Positions 17,599-25,921 are shown, counted from the stretch's first letter. The stretch is DNA of 29,250 nt from Candidatus Asbonarchaeum danakilense (GCA_034190465.1 JAXINV010000008.1:1-29250), one strand, 5' to 3'. Numbers and translations: made by a program. The notes: generated from the letters alone by a model not told the origin.

Positions 17599-17761
17599 CG
17601 TCGCTCCGCTCCAGCGACCGTCGTGTTATCTCCGAGCTGCAGCTTCCATGCGTATCACAGTACTCCTCGCAGGCCGCAGCATCGTTCTCGGTTTCGTAGT
17701 GGAATCCACAGACATCACATCTGTAGGCCTCGCGTCCATCAAACATCTCCTCGGTCACCAT
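17591..17761 (-). CDS. Small Cys-rich metal-binding protein (56 aa)
   Basis: YRCDVCGFHY...ACEEYCDTHGSC; sits exactly between the ArsR stop and the redoxin start. Confidence 0.85.
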   Translation of the reverse strand: MVTEEMFDGREAYRCDVCGFHYETENDAAACEEYCDTHGSCSSEITRRSLERSDDE

Positions 17762-17762
17762 C

Positions 17763-18077
17763 TCAGCTCTCCTCCAAGACGTCACAGGTAAGGATGCCGT
17801 TGCGGTGCCTGTCGATGTGGTCCTCGATCGCAGCGAACAGATCATCCACCACAGCATCGTTCAGCGCATAGATCCGCTCATTTCCCTGGACCTCCCGTTC
17901 CGCGAACCCGCAGTTCGTGAGGCAGGACAGGTGGTACGACACCGTGTTCTGCGCCAGCCCGGTCGCCGCAGCGATCTCGTTCACCGACCGCTCGCCGTCC
18001 CGCAGCGCCTCGACGACCTGCATCCGTGTCTCATCGGCCAGTGCCTGGAACAGCCTCGCGTACACCCTGGCATCCAT
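17763..18077 (-). CDS. ArsR/SmtB regulator with CmtR-like Cys ligands
   Basis: FQALADETRMQV...SVNEIA...VSYHLSCLTNCGF plus a C-terminal Cys (alpha4C-type site). Confidence 0.9.
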   Translation of the reverse strand: MDARVYARLFQALADETRMQVVEALRDGERSVNEIAAATGLAQNTVSYHLSCLTNCGFAEREVQGNERIYALNDAVVDDLFAAIEDHIDRHRNGILTCDVLEES

Positions 18078-18094
18078 ATCAACGATGTTTGATA
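18077..18094. promoter_or_regulatory. Inverted-repeat operator for the ArsR operon
   Basis: TATCAA-N6-TTGATA between a TATA-like element (~18102-18109) and the start codon. Confidence 0.7.
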
Positions 18095-18161
18095 CAGGGC
18101 GGTATAAAGATCGGGGTCTCATCCGGTCGCCCTCAAAGAAAAATGAGGGACCGTCCAGGCC

Positions 18162-18590
18162 TCAGGAGACCTGGACAGTACTGTGCATACCGCTTCCAGG
18201 GCTGCCGTGGAAGCTGCAGTACACCTGGTAGGTGCCCGCCTCGTTGAACCGGAGCATCACACTCTGACCGCTCGACAGCGTCACATCGATGCCTGCAGAA
18301 TCGAGCGTGACCGTATGGGTCCCCTGCTGGCTCACGAACTTCACCACAGTCCCCGCACTGATCTGCGGGCTCGTGGCGGAGAACTTATAGTTGGTCAGTG
18401 TGATCGTCCGGTCGGGCGAGACACCTGAAACCTTCTCGATCGCCGGCGCCCCAGTGTTGCCACCCCCATCCGTCGGCTGCTGGTTGCCAGCACCCGTATT
18501 GCCGTACGGCTGGCTGGAACCACTGAGACAGCCCGCCAGCACCGTCAGCGAGACAAGGGCAGCAAGTGTGAGGAGGTTGTGTCGATCCAT
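18162..18590 (-). CDS. Cupredoxin (plastocyanin/halocyanin-like) lipoprotein
   Basis: LAGC lipobox; type-1 copper ligands H(TV)...YCSFH...GM. Confidence 0.88.
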   Translation of the reverse strand: MDRHNLLTLAALVSLTVLAGCLSGSSQPYGNTGAGNQQPTDGGGNTGAPAIEKVSGVSPDRTITLTNYKFSATSPQISAGTVVKFVSQQGTHTVTLDSAGIDVTLSSGQSVMLRFNEAGTYQVYCSFHGSPGSGMHSTVQVS

Positions 18591-18600
18591 CGATTCAGGG

Positions 18601-18620
18601 TAATGTAACAGAATTGTAAC
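18601..18620. promoter_or_regulatory. Shared operator motif, copy 1
   Basis: TAATGTAAC-AGA-ATTGTAA between the TATA (18621-18628) and the cupredoxin start. Confidence 0.65.
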
Positions 18621-18669
18621 TTAAATAAGTTGGCCAGCGCCACCCCCGCGACCAGTACCGGCTGCCACG

Positions 18670-19803
18670 TCACCGCAGCGTCAGCCGGCCCCGCATACCG
18701 TTCTCAGAGTGGCCCGGCAAACTGCACACGAACCGGATCGGGAAGGTGCCTGACCGTGGCGCCGTGAACGTGAAGGAATCCGAGCCTCCGGCACGGATGG
18801 TACTGGAGCCGACCCCGAGGGCAGGGATCCTGAGATTGTGCGGGATCGATCCCGTGTTCGTGAACGTGACCTTCACCGTCTGTCCCTTTTCCACGGTTAT
18901 CGTCGACGGAGAGAAACTGTACTCCGTCCCGGAGACCGTGATCCTCCGGTCCACGCTGGCACCACCCGCCCCCGTTGTCTCGGTCCCGCCATCCAGCTTC
19001 CGCTCGATGATTGTCCGGAACCGTGAGTACGGCTGCGCCCCCACGATCTTCGTCCCGGTCTCACTGCCCGACCGATAGATGACAAAGCCCGGTGTCGCCG
19101 AGACACCGACCGTCCGCGCCTGGCTTTCATCCTCAGACAGCTCCTGTCGGATCTGCTGGCGGTTCTCCTCCATGCACGAGCGCACCCGACTGGCATCGAT
19201 CCCGGTCAGGTTCCGTGTCATCGCGAGGATATCCTGCCTGTCCCCCCAGCCACGGTTCTCACCGTCCTGCCTGTCATACATCTGTGCGTGCCAGTCCCAG
19301 TACGCCTCGGGATTGGTCTGACCGACCTGTCGCCAGACACACTGGGAGGCGATAGCTGCCGTCGTCGAATCCGGACCGAGGAACGCGAAGTCCTTGAACA
19401 CAAACCTGACCTTGCCGGTCTTGATATAGTCCTCCCGCAGCCGGGGGAACGTCTGCTGTTCGAACCGCTTGCAGAACGGGCACTGGAAATCACCCCAGTA
19501 CACTATCGTAACCGGCGCATCCGGGCTTCCGATCGTCGGATCATCATCGAAGGAGATACTGCTGACAGTGACCGCGCTGTCCTGTCGCTGGTTCCCCTGT
19601 GTCGGCTGTGTATCCGTGTCCGTCGGCTCCGTGTCTGTCGGCGCAGCAGAGACGGCTCCGCTCGATCCTCCCGTCGTGAGGAGCGTCACAGCCATCCCCG
19701 TACCGCCGACCATGAAGCCGACAACGAAAACCAGGATGAACGCATGTTTCGCCCTGAAAACGATCGTCGTACCGCCACCCTCTCCATCCACTGCATCAGC
19801 CAT
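18670..19803 (-). CDS. DsbA-family oxidoreductase fused to a C-terminal cupredoxin domain
   Basis: TM anchor; GSPDAPVTIVYWGDFQCPFC...GVSATPGF...GAQPY; then PHN...FVCSLPGHSENGM. Confidence 0.9.
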   Translation of the reverse strand: MADAVDGEGGGTTIVFRAKHAFILVFVVGFMVGGTGMAVTLLTTGGSSGAVSAAPTDTEPTDTDTQPTQGNQRQDSAVTVSSISFDDDPTIGSPDAPVTIVYWGDFQCPFCKRFEQQTFPRLREDYIKTGKVRFVFKDFAFLGPDSTTAAIASQCVWRQVGQTNPEAYWDWHAQMYDRQDGENRGWGDRQDILAMTRNLTGIDASRVRSCMEENRQQIRQELSEDESQARTVGVSATPGFVIYRSGSETGTKIVGAQPYSRFRTIIERKLDGGTETTGAGGASVDRRITVSGTEYSFSPSTITVEKGQTVKVTFTNTGSIPHNLRIPALGVGSSTIRAGGSDSFTFTAPRSGTFPIRFVCSLPGHSENGMRGRLTLR

Positions 19804-20227
19804 TGCTCACACCTCGTCGACGGGCAGCCTGCAACGTGACACCGGCACCGAGGAACAGCAACCCGATATCGCGGATGATGATATCGGCAAAGCTACCGAC
19901 ACCGGCCAGGATCATGTTGACAAGGATCGCTGCAAGGGCAAGCGTCGTCAGTCCAGCAACCACGGTCGTATACATATCGGCAAGCAACGCCAGACCGAAC
20001 AGCGCTTCACCAACTGCATTCACCTGCATCACCTGGACAGGGCTCAGGCCGACAGCGGACAGGATGCCGGCGATCTGCGGCGCCATATATCCCGCCCAGA
20101 CAGCCGGCGCCAGCATACCGTGGATACCAGCTCCTGCCATCACCAGGCCCAGCCCCATGCGGAACACCGTCTCGGACCTGTCACTGTACCGAGCGACGGT
20201 GGTCGCGACCCTTCGTTCAGGATCCAT
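19796..20227 (-). CDS. DoxX-like membrane protein
   Basis: 4 TM segments with RMGLGLV, GEALFGLALL and IIRDIGL; overlaps the DsbA start. Confidence 0.75.
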   Translation of the reverse strand: MDPERRVATTVARYSDRSETVFRMGLGLVMAGAGIHGMLAPAVWAGYMAPQIAGILSAVGLSPVQVMQVNAVGEALFGLALLADMYTTVVAGLTTLALAAILVNMILAGVGSFADIIIRDIGLLFLGAGVTLQAARRRGVSNG

Positions 20228-20259
20228 TGTTCTCTCCTTAAGACCGGACTCTTTTATAT

Positions 20260-20278
20260 GTTACATTACACTTACAAT
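20260..20278. promoter_or_regulatory. Shared operator motif, copy 2 (opposite orientation, half-sites swapped)
   Basis: Minus strand ATTGTAA-GTG-TAATGTAAC directly upstream of TATA-like ATATAAAAG. Confidence 0.6.
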
Positions 20279-20289
20279 AGTGGCAGCCC

Positions 20290-21360
20290 TCAGAACAGTG
20301 TCGGCCGATGCCGCCACCACGGGACATACCGGTACATCCAGAGGAAACGTTTCTCCACTCCGAATCGCTCCATCAGGTATGGCAAAACGCCGGTGAACGA
20401 AACACGTCGTCCCTGGTACAGCCCATGGCGGCCGCCGAAGGAGACCAGGTACGGCGCATCTGGCGGGCGGTACAGCTCCAGCTCCTCGTCATGGATCGCA
20501 TGGAGCACGTTCTGGGCGGCGACCTGTCCTTCGATCGTTGCATAGTAGGCACGGTTCGTCCGCTCTCCCTCCGTCAGCTCGATCGCATCGCCCGCTCCGA
20601 AGACCCGGTCATGGTCCGGCGAGGACAGCCTCCGATCCACAGTGAGCGGGCCATCGAAACACGTCCGCACGGGCTCCGCCGGCCGGACCCCTGTCATCTC
20701 CAGAACCAGGCCGAACTCCGCTGCATCTCCCTCCTCCGTGACGACCGTCCCCGCGTCAACGTCCTCCACCCTTGTCTCCGTCCGCACGTCGATCCCCCGC
20801 CCCCGGAGTTCCTGTTCGACACGCTCCGCATTGTCTGCACGCAACTGCGGTGTGATCCGCTCCCCAGCCTCGAAGACCGTGACATCCACATCCTCCATGT
20901 ACTCGAGCTTGAACGCGGTCTCGATACCCTTGATACCTCCACCGACCACCCCGACACGCTCCACGGACGTGGCCCTGTCATGTATCCGTTGTGCATCCTG
21001 CCAGGTCTCGAACCGCAGCACCGTCTCGTCGTCAGGGAGCACGCGGGGTGTTTCGCCGCCGAGCGCCACGATCAGGTAGTCGTAGCCGACCTGCTGCGAC
21101 TCCGTTTCGACAGTGCGTGCCTCCGGTCTGATATCTTGCACCCGCTCCTGTATCCAGGCAGTCTCCTTCCCTAGCTGCGGTCCGAGCCGGAACCCTGTGC
21201 TGTCCGGGGACGCGCCCTCCAGGACATGGTACAGCGCAGGCTTGAACTGGAAGTAATCGGATGGCTCGACCACCGTGACCTCCACCGGCGCCCGCTCCAG
21301 CTGCTTGATCGCCGGATAGCCGGCGACCCCTGCACCGAGGACGACCACACGCGGCAACAT
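20290..21360 (-). CDS. NAD(P)/FAD-dependent oxidoreductase, NDH-2-like
   Basis: VVVLGAGVAG, YDYLIVALG, second dinucleotide motif VVGGGIKGIE and VFGAGD. Confidence 0.9.
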   Translation of the reverse strand: MLPRVVVLGAGVAGYPAIKQLERAPVEVTVVEPSDYFQFKPALYHVLEGASPDSTGFRLGPQLGKETAWIQERVQDIRPEARTVETESQQVGYDYLIVALGGETPRVLPDDETVLRFETWQDAQRIHDRATSVERVGVVGGGIKGIETAFKLEYMEDVDVTVFEAGERITPQLRADNAERVEQELRGRGIDVRTETRVEDVDAGTVVTEEGDAAEFGLVLEMTGVRPAEPVRTCFDGPLTVDRRLSSPDHDRVFGAGDAIELTEGERTNRAYYATIEGQVAAQNVLHAIHDEELELYRPPDAPYLVSFGGRHGLYQGRRVSFTGVLPYLMERFGVEKRFLWMYRYVPWWRHRPTLF

Positions 21361-21361
21361 C

Positions 21362-21380
21362 TAATGTAACCCTATTGTAA
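21362..21380. promoter_or_regulatory. Shared operator motif, copy 3
   Basis: TAATGTAAC-CCT-ATTGTAA in the divergent promoter between the oxidoreductase and the membrane/HTH pair. Confidence 0.65.
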
Positions 21381-21433
21381 TATTTCCGTGAAAGTATAAG
21401 TACCTGGGGACAGCACACGACCCTGGTGATACC

Positions 21434-21742
21434 ATGGCCGACGTCGTCAATTTCGTACTCGTTCTCCTATCATCAGCCGGCTTCCTGGCGGCGATCTTCT
21501 TCACATACCGCCTCTCCCAGGAGACCAGGGGCGGCCAGTACTGGCTGGCCTTCCTCGTGGCAGCGGCAGGGCTGGGGAGCCATGAGTGGCTGAAGATCGT
21601 CAGCACCGTGTTCAGTATCCACCCCACACTCTGGAACACCATCGTCGAATCAGGCATGGTCGTCGGATCATTCGCACTTGCATACGGTGCATACGGGATC
21701 CAGAAGTCGGTCAAGAAGATCAAAACACAGGTCGGGGACTGA
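21434..21742 (+). CDS. Small 3-TM membrane protein
   Basis: Three hydrophobic segments; GGTGAT SD upstream. Confidence 0.82.
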   Translation: MADVVNFVLVLLSSAGFLAAIFFTYRLSQETRGGQYWLAFLVAAAGLGSHEWLKIVSTVFSIHPTLWNTIVESGMVVGSFALAYGAYGIQKSVKKIKTQVGD

Positions 21743-21744
21743 AC

Positions 21745-22008
21745 ATGGATGAGACAGTCCTATTCTACCTCTCAGATGGAGGTGACGTGCGGTTGAAAAT
21801 CCTGGAGCTCGTCCGCGACGCAGAGGAGAACGACGAGGGGATGTACCTGACCAAGCTCGCGGACGAACTCGACATGTCACACGTCGGCGCCAGGAACCAC
21901 CTCCAGCTCCTCCTCGACGAGGGATACGTCCGCTACAAGAACCCGGACGGGAAACCCAAGTTCCTCGAGATCACCGACGAGGGCGAACGCGTCCTGGAAG
22001 ACCGGTGA
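21745..22008 (+). CDS. Winged helix-turn-helix transcription regulator
   Basis: RLKILELV...LTKLADELDMSHVGARNHLQLLLDEGYV...EITDEG; start placed at MDETVL. Confidence 0.88.
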   Translation: MDETVLFYLSDGGDVRLKILELVRDAEENDEGMYLTKLADELDMSHVGARNHLQLLLDEGYVRYKNPDGKPKFLEITDEGERVLEDR

Positions 22009-22069
22009 CACAGTAGACACGCCCACCGGCCCCAGCAGCTTTTTTATGCCACCCCCCTATGAACGGTAC

Positions 22070-22515
22070 ATGCGACCCCTACACAGAGCAGCGACCGGCC
22101 TCATCCTGACCCTCTCCTCCGTCGTCACAGTCTGGGCCTGGCCCCGTATCGGGAACATCGGTCTCGTGTTCATGCGACCAGTTTCACCGGTCTCATCCTT
22201 CTCCTCGACGGCGTCAACGGCAGGATACCCGGTGCGCTCAGGCTCCACGACCTCAGGACAGACAGCAGTGTCCTCCGGAGCCTCGTCATCGTCGCCGTCG
22301 TGTTCGGCTACGCGCTCGACATCGTCGGCTCGCTGACAGCCCGGCTCTGGTACTATCCACAGTTCGACTTCCTGCCGGCCTTGATTGTGGGTCCGCTGCT
22401 CTACAGCCTGTACGGCATCATCCTCCTGCTGCTGTACGACGCAGCAGCCTCGGTGGCAGGACAGACACGGGGAGAGCAGAGCACCGGCAACATCCCCGCA
22501 GCCCTCATCTGGATT
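22070..22515 (+). pseudogene. Frameshifted, 3'-truncated membrane protein gene
   Basis: Hydrophobic MRPLHRAATGLILTL...GLVF continues as ATSFTGLILLLDG...WYYPQF only after a frame change at ~22172; the 3' end runs into the antisense of another gene. Confidence 0.6.
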
Positions 22516-22785
22516 GGTAAAAGTAAACTCGCGGAAGTCTTCGGTCGAGACGATCTGCGTGTGGCGGCGGGCATTCATCTCGGAACGGTAGTCAGACGCG
22601 GTTTCGTCCGGACCTGATGCGACGATGGCGAGAAATTCATCGTCATCAATCTCCATCACGATCTCGTTCTCATCGCCGAGCTCAGTACGCTCAAATTCTC
22701 GTTTCTCAAGCGTCCCAGCGATATCCTCGATAGAATCCCATCCCTGAATATCGGACTTCGTGATGGTTCCTAGAGGCATGTTCAA
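22515..22785 (-). pseudogene. N-terminal remnant (~90 aa) of a probable haloarchaeal type IIG (Eco57I-like) restriction-modification protein
   Basis: ITKSDIQGWDSIEDIA...LGDENEIVMEIDDDEF...RHTQIVSTEDFREFTF resembles, from recall, the N-terminus of large haloarchaeal RM proteins. Coding character stops abruptly after FTF. Confidence 0.6.
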
Positions 22786-22893
22786 TGATACGGTCGGGCT
22801 CTTTAATTTCTAAGGTATATTGTGGTCTAAAACGTTACCAGGGAAGCAAGATTGTACCTTGGGCACAGATTAGCCAACCGATCGCATACTATA

Positions 22894-22912
22894 CCCTCGC
22901 CTGCCCCGGGCG
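22894..22912 (+). repeat. Damaged copy of the tRNA 3' end (second att remnant)
   Basis: CCCTCGC+CTGCCCCGGGCG equals tRNA 16423-16452 lacking the 11 nt AGGTTCAAATC. Confidence 0.75.
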
Positions 22913-22971
22913 TCCTTTCAGTCCTTCGTGACCGGATTCTTCCACTTCGCTTCTTGCCAGAAGCTCAGGGC

Positions 22972-22994
22972 TTCAAATCCTGCCCCGGGCGCTC
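22972..22994 (+). repeat. att direct repeat, right
   Basis: Identical to 16433-16455. Confidence 0.92.
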
Positions 22995-23114
22995 CGAGTC
23001 TTCCGGAGTACTCCCAAATCACACAAACAGGTCGACCAGCACAGATTTTTGGCCGCAGATATGACAGCCCGGCAAGTATTTTAAAATAGGCTCCTGAGAG
23101 TCGGTTGGATAAGG

Positions 23115-23504
23115 ATGATATGTCTGTTATCCCTCCTCGTCTTCAGCATCCTCGGGATCTTCTCAGCAAGCCATAGGAAGCTCGCAAAAGAAGCATTCAA
23201 CTGTGTGCGGAACAAGGCCAGGAGAAAACCCTGCGAGACGGATCTCGAAGACGACGTTAAAGCCTCCGTCGTAGGGAAAGTCCTGAAATACAGTCCACGG
23301 GCCGCGCGGATACTGAACAAGTATTTCGACGTCTTCAGCTGGTTACTGGTCATCGGCCTACTGGTCACAGGGCTGTACTCATCGTACAGCATCTACAACC
23401 TCTTCGTCTACGGCAACTGTAACGGCGCCACAGCGACAGCTAACTGTTCGATAAACAGCGGTGCAAACATCATCTCAAAACTTGTGGGGCTCGTCACGGG
23501 ATGA
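23115..23504 (+). CDS. Basic Cys-containing membrane protein
   Basis: 2 hydrophobic segments and 5 Cys; ATGA overlap with the next gene; TTTTAAAA upstream. Confidence 0.82.
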   Translation: MICLLSLLVFSILGIFSASHRKLAKEAFNCVRNKARRKPCETDLEDDVKASVVGKVLKYSPRAARILNKYFDVFSWLLVIGLLVTGLYSSYSIYNLFVYGNCNGATATANCSINSGANIISKLVGLVTG

Positions 23505-24628
23505 GAGAGGACGATTTTCCGGACCTGGATACAGTCTACCTCGACAGCGCCTGCATGTCGCTGCGACCGGAACAGGTCATAGCCTCAGTGAAACAATACT
23601 ACGACGAATACCCCGTCTGCCCGGGTAGGGGCAACTACCAGCTATCGAAAAAAGCGACACAGGAACTGGAGAACGCACGGTCACAGATCGCCGACTTCAT
23701 CTCCGCCGATACAGAGGACGTGATGCTCACCTCGGGCACCACCGAATCCATCAACACAGTCGCCGCCAGCTTTCCCGCAGACAAAGTGATACTCTCAGAC
23801 AGAGAGCATAACTCCAACCTCATCCCCTGGCAGGAACACGGGTACGACATAGATATCGTCGAGACCGGCGACGAGTTCATCCCACAGCTGGCGTCCAGCG
23901 TACAGGAGGGCGACCTGGTATCGCTCGTCCACGTCTCCAACCTCGATGGCTACGAGATCCCGGTCAAAGAAGCCTCAGAAATCGTCAGAGAAAACGGGGC
24001 CTACCTCCTCCTCGACGCCGCACAGAGCATCCCACACCATCCTTTCTCCGTCAAAGAAACAGAGCCAGACTTCGTTGCCTTCTCCGGCCACAAAATGTGC
24101 GGCCCAAGCGGGACCGGCGGCCTCTATGCCTCCGAACGGGTCAAAGACATGATAGACCCCTTGATGACGGGCGGTGGCAGCGTCACTGATTCGACATTCA
24201 CCAGCCACGACGAGAAAGCGTATCCACATGGGATGGAGTCCGGCCTCCCGAACATAGCAGGCCTGATCGGGATGGGAAGCGCGGCCCGTTATCTTGACAG
24301 CATAGGGATGGAAACGATCCGGTCACACGAAGAAACGTTGAGTCAGCAGCTCTACGAAGAGATCAGCGACATAGACAGCGTACGCAACGTAGGGAGCACC
24401 AACCCCGGAGTCATATCACTCCGTATAGGTAGCCTCGATCCTAATCAAGCAGCTATCATGCTCGACCAGCGAGATATCGCCGTCAGATCCGGGATGCACT
24501 GTGTGCACTCCTGGTTCCACCATCACGGCAAAGATCCTACCATCCGTGTCTCCCTCCACCTCTACAACAACAGCGACGACATCACGGAACTCATCGCAGC
24601 GCTGAAGGAGATATCCGTCCTCGGATGA
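23501..24628 (+). CDS. Cysteine desulfurase, SufS-like (class V PLP enzyme)
   Basis: YLDSA, GTTESIN, EHNSN, DAAQS, FSGHKMCGPSGTG and RSGMHC (catalytic Cys). Confidence 0.92.
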   Translation: MREDDFPDLDTVYLDSACMSLRPEQVIASVKQYYDEYPVCPGRGNYQLSKKATQELENARSQIADFISADTEDVMLTSGTTESINTVAASFPADKVILSDREHNSNLIPWQEHGYDIDIVETGDEFIPQLASSVQEGDLVSLVHVSNLDGYEIPVKEASEIVRENGAYLLLDAAQSIPHHPFSVKETEPDFVAFSGHKMCGPSGTGGLYASERVKDMIDPLMTGGGSVTDSTFTSHDEKAYPHGMESGLPNIAGLIGMGSAARYLDSIGMETIRSHEETLSQQLYEEISDIDSVRNVGSTNPGVISLRIGSLDPNQAAIMLDQRDIAVRSGMHCVHSWFHHHGKDPTIRVSLHLYNNSDDITELIAALKEISVLG

Positions 24629-24696
24629 TCGACCCCTCATGTGCCCCCGGTCAGCAGTCTTGCACCACGGTGGGGCCTGCAAGGCCATTGATTTAA

Positions 24697-24720
24697 ATAT
24701 CTAAACAATCGTTCATATGT
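24697..24720. promoter_or_regulatory. SmtB/CzrA-type imperfect inverted-repeat operator
   Basis: ATCTAAAC-AATC-GTTCATAT right after TATA TTTAAATA; resembles the ATATGAAC-N4-GTTCATAT SmtB box. Confidence 0.7.
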
Positions 24721-24735
24721 GTGACCTCGCCGGCG

Positions 24736-25023
24736 ATGTCCCTCCAACACGACGAACTTGAACCCGCCGCAGACCTCTTCCAGGCACTGTCCAGCCCCAG
24801 CCGGTTACAGATACTCCGTTCTCTATCAAACGGGGAGAAATGCGTCCATGAGCTGACAGAAGAACTGGACATGACACACTCCAACATCTCACACCACCTC
24901 AAGAAACTGAAAGACAACAGGATCGTTGAACGGCGCAAAGAAGGCAAACACAGATACTACAGCATGGACGACGACCACATCACCACCCTGATCGAGACCG
25001 GGGTTGCACACACCGATGAGTGA
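24736..25023 (+). CDS. ArsR/SmtB zinc-sensing repressor (alpha5 site)
   Basis: FQALSSPSRLQIL, EKCVHEL, ISHHLKKL and D-x-H-x10-H-x2-E (DDHITTLIETGVAHTDE). Confidence 0.92.
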   Translation: MSLQHDELEPAADLFQALSSPSRLQILRSLSNGEKCVHELTEELDMTHSNISHHLKKLKDNRIVERRKEGKHRYYSMDDDHITTLIETGVAHTDE

Positions 25024-25921
25024 CAGCCACCAGCACGAGACCCACGGCCACGGCGAGAACGCCAGCACTACAAAACTCGGTGTCGTCACCGGCATCAACG
25101 CCGTCGGATTCTTCATCGAACTCCTTGGAGGACTCCTGTTCGGGTCAGTCGCTCTGATGAGCGACGCCATCCATATGCTCTTCGACGCCGCTGCCTATGC
25201 CACAGCGTTCGTCGCCGCCTACATCGCCGAATCCATCGACGCATCAGACCGGTGGACGTACGGCCTTCATCGTCTCGAAGTGCTTTCCGCCCTCATCAAC
25301 GGCTTCCTCCTCATCCCGATGGCCGGCTGGATCGTCTGGGAGGCCTACCACCGGTTCCTCTCCCCCGTCACCATCAACCTCCAGTACGCCCTTCCCATCG
25401 CCGTCGGCGGGCTCATCATCAACCTGGCATCGGCCCTCTACCTCCACGGAGACGAAGAGATGAGCCTGAACGAGCGTGGAGCATTCTACCACCTGCTCGG
25501 GGATGCAGGAGGATCCATCGCCGTCATCCTCGGCCTCACCGTCGTCGCCACCACCGGCATCCGAGCGGCAGACTCAGTCGCCGCCATCCTGATCGCCGCC
25601 CTCATCATCTGGTCCGCGGTCAAAGTGCTGCGGGAAGGGGGCGGCATCCTCCTCCAGCAAAGCCCCATCGATCCGGCATCCATCGAAGATGCGGTCGAAG
25701 CCATGGACGGCGTCGAAAACGCGCACGACATCAAATGCTGGCAGGTCTGCTCCAACGTCAACGTCTGCACCGTCCACGCCACCATGACCGTCAAGACGCT
25801 GGATGAAGCAGAAAATCTCCGACAGCGTATCGACGAAGATCTGAAAGAACAATTCAACTTCCAGCACGTCACCATACAGATCGAAGGAGAAGAGACAGCC
25901 GACAACGGCATCGAACACTAG
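25016..25921 (+). CDS. czcD: Cation diffusion facilitator (Zn/Co/Cd efflux, CzcD-like)
   Basis: His-rich N-terminus, SVALMSDAIHMLFD, TYGLHRLEVLSALING, HLLGD and HVTIQIE. Confidence 0.92.
   Translation: MSDSHQHETHGHGENASTTKLGVVTGINAVGFFIELLGGLLFGSVALMSDAIHMLFDAAAYATAFVAAYIAESIDASDRWTYGLHRLEVLSALINGFLLIPMAGWIVWEAYHRFLSPVTINLQYALPIAVGGLIINLASALYLHGDEEMSLNERGAFYHLLGDAGGSIAVILGLTVVATTGIRAADSVAAILIAALIIWSAVKVLREGGGILLQQSPIDPASIEDAVEAMDGVENAHDIKCWQVCSNVNVCTVHATMTVKTLDEAENLRQRIDEDLKEQFNFQHVTIQIEGEETADNGIEH

Larger units (their letters stand above)
16456..22994. mobile_element. Degenerate genomic island integrated in tRNA-Ser (no integrase visible)
   Basis: Bounded by a 23-bp duplication of the tRNA 3' end; carries accessory metal/redox genes and pseudogene remnants. 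Confidence 0.8.

Noticed and set aside
22057..22785. Intact 242-aa protein
   Set aside because: Only the first ~90 aa look coding; the rest is the antisense of a broken membrane gene.
16456..22971. Provirus or autonomous integrative element
   Set aside because: No integrase, replication, capsid or conjugation gene is recognisable.
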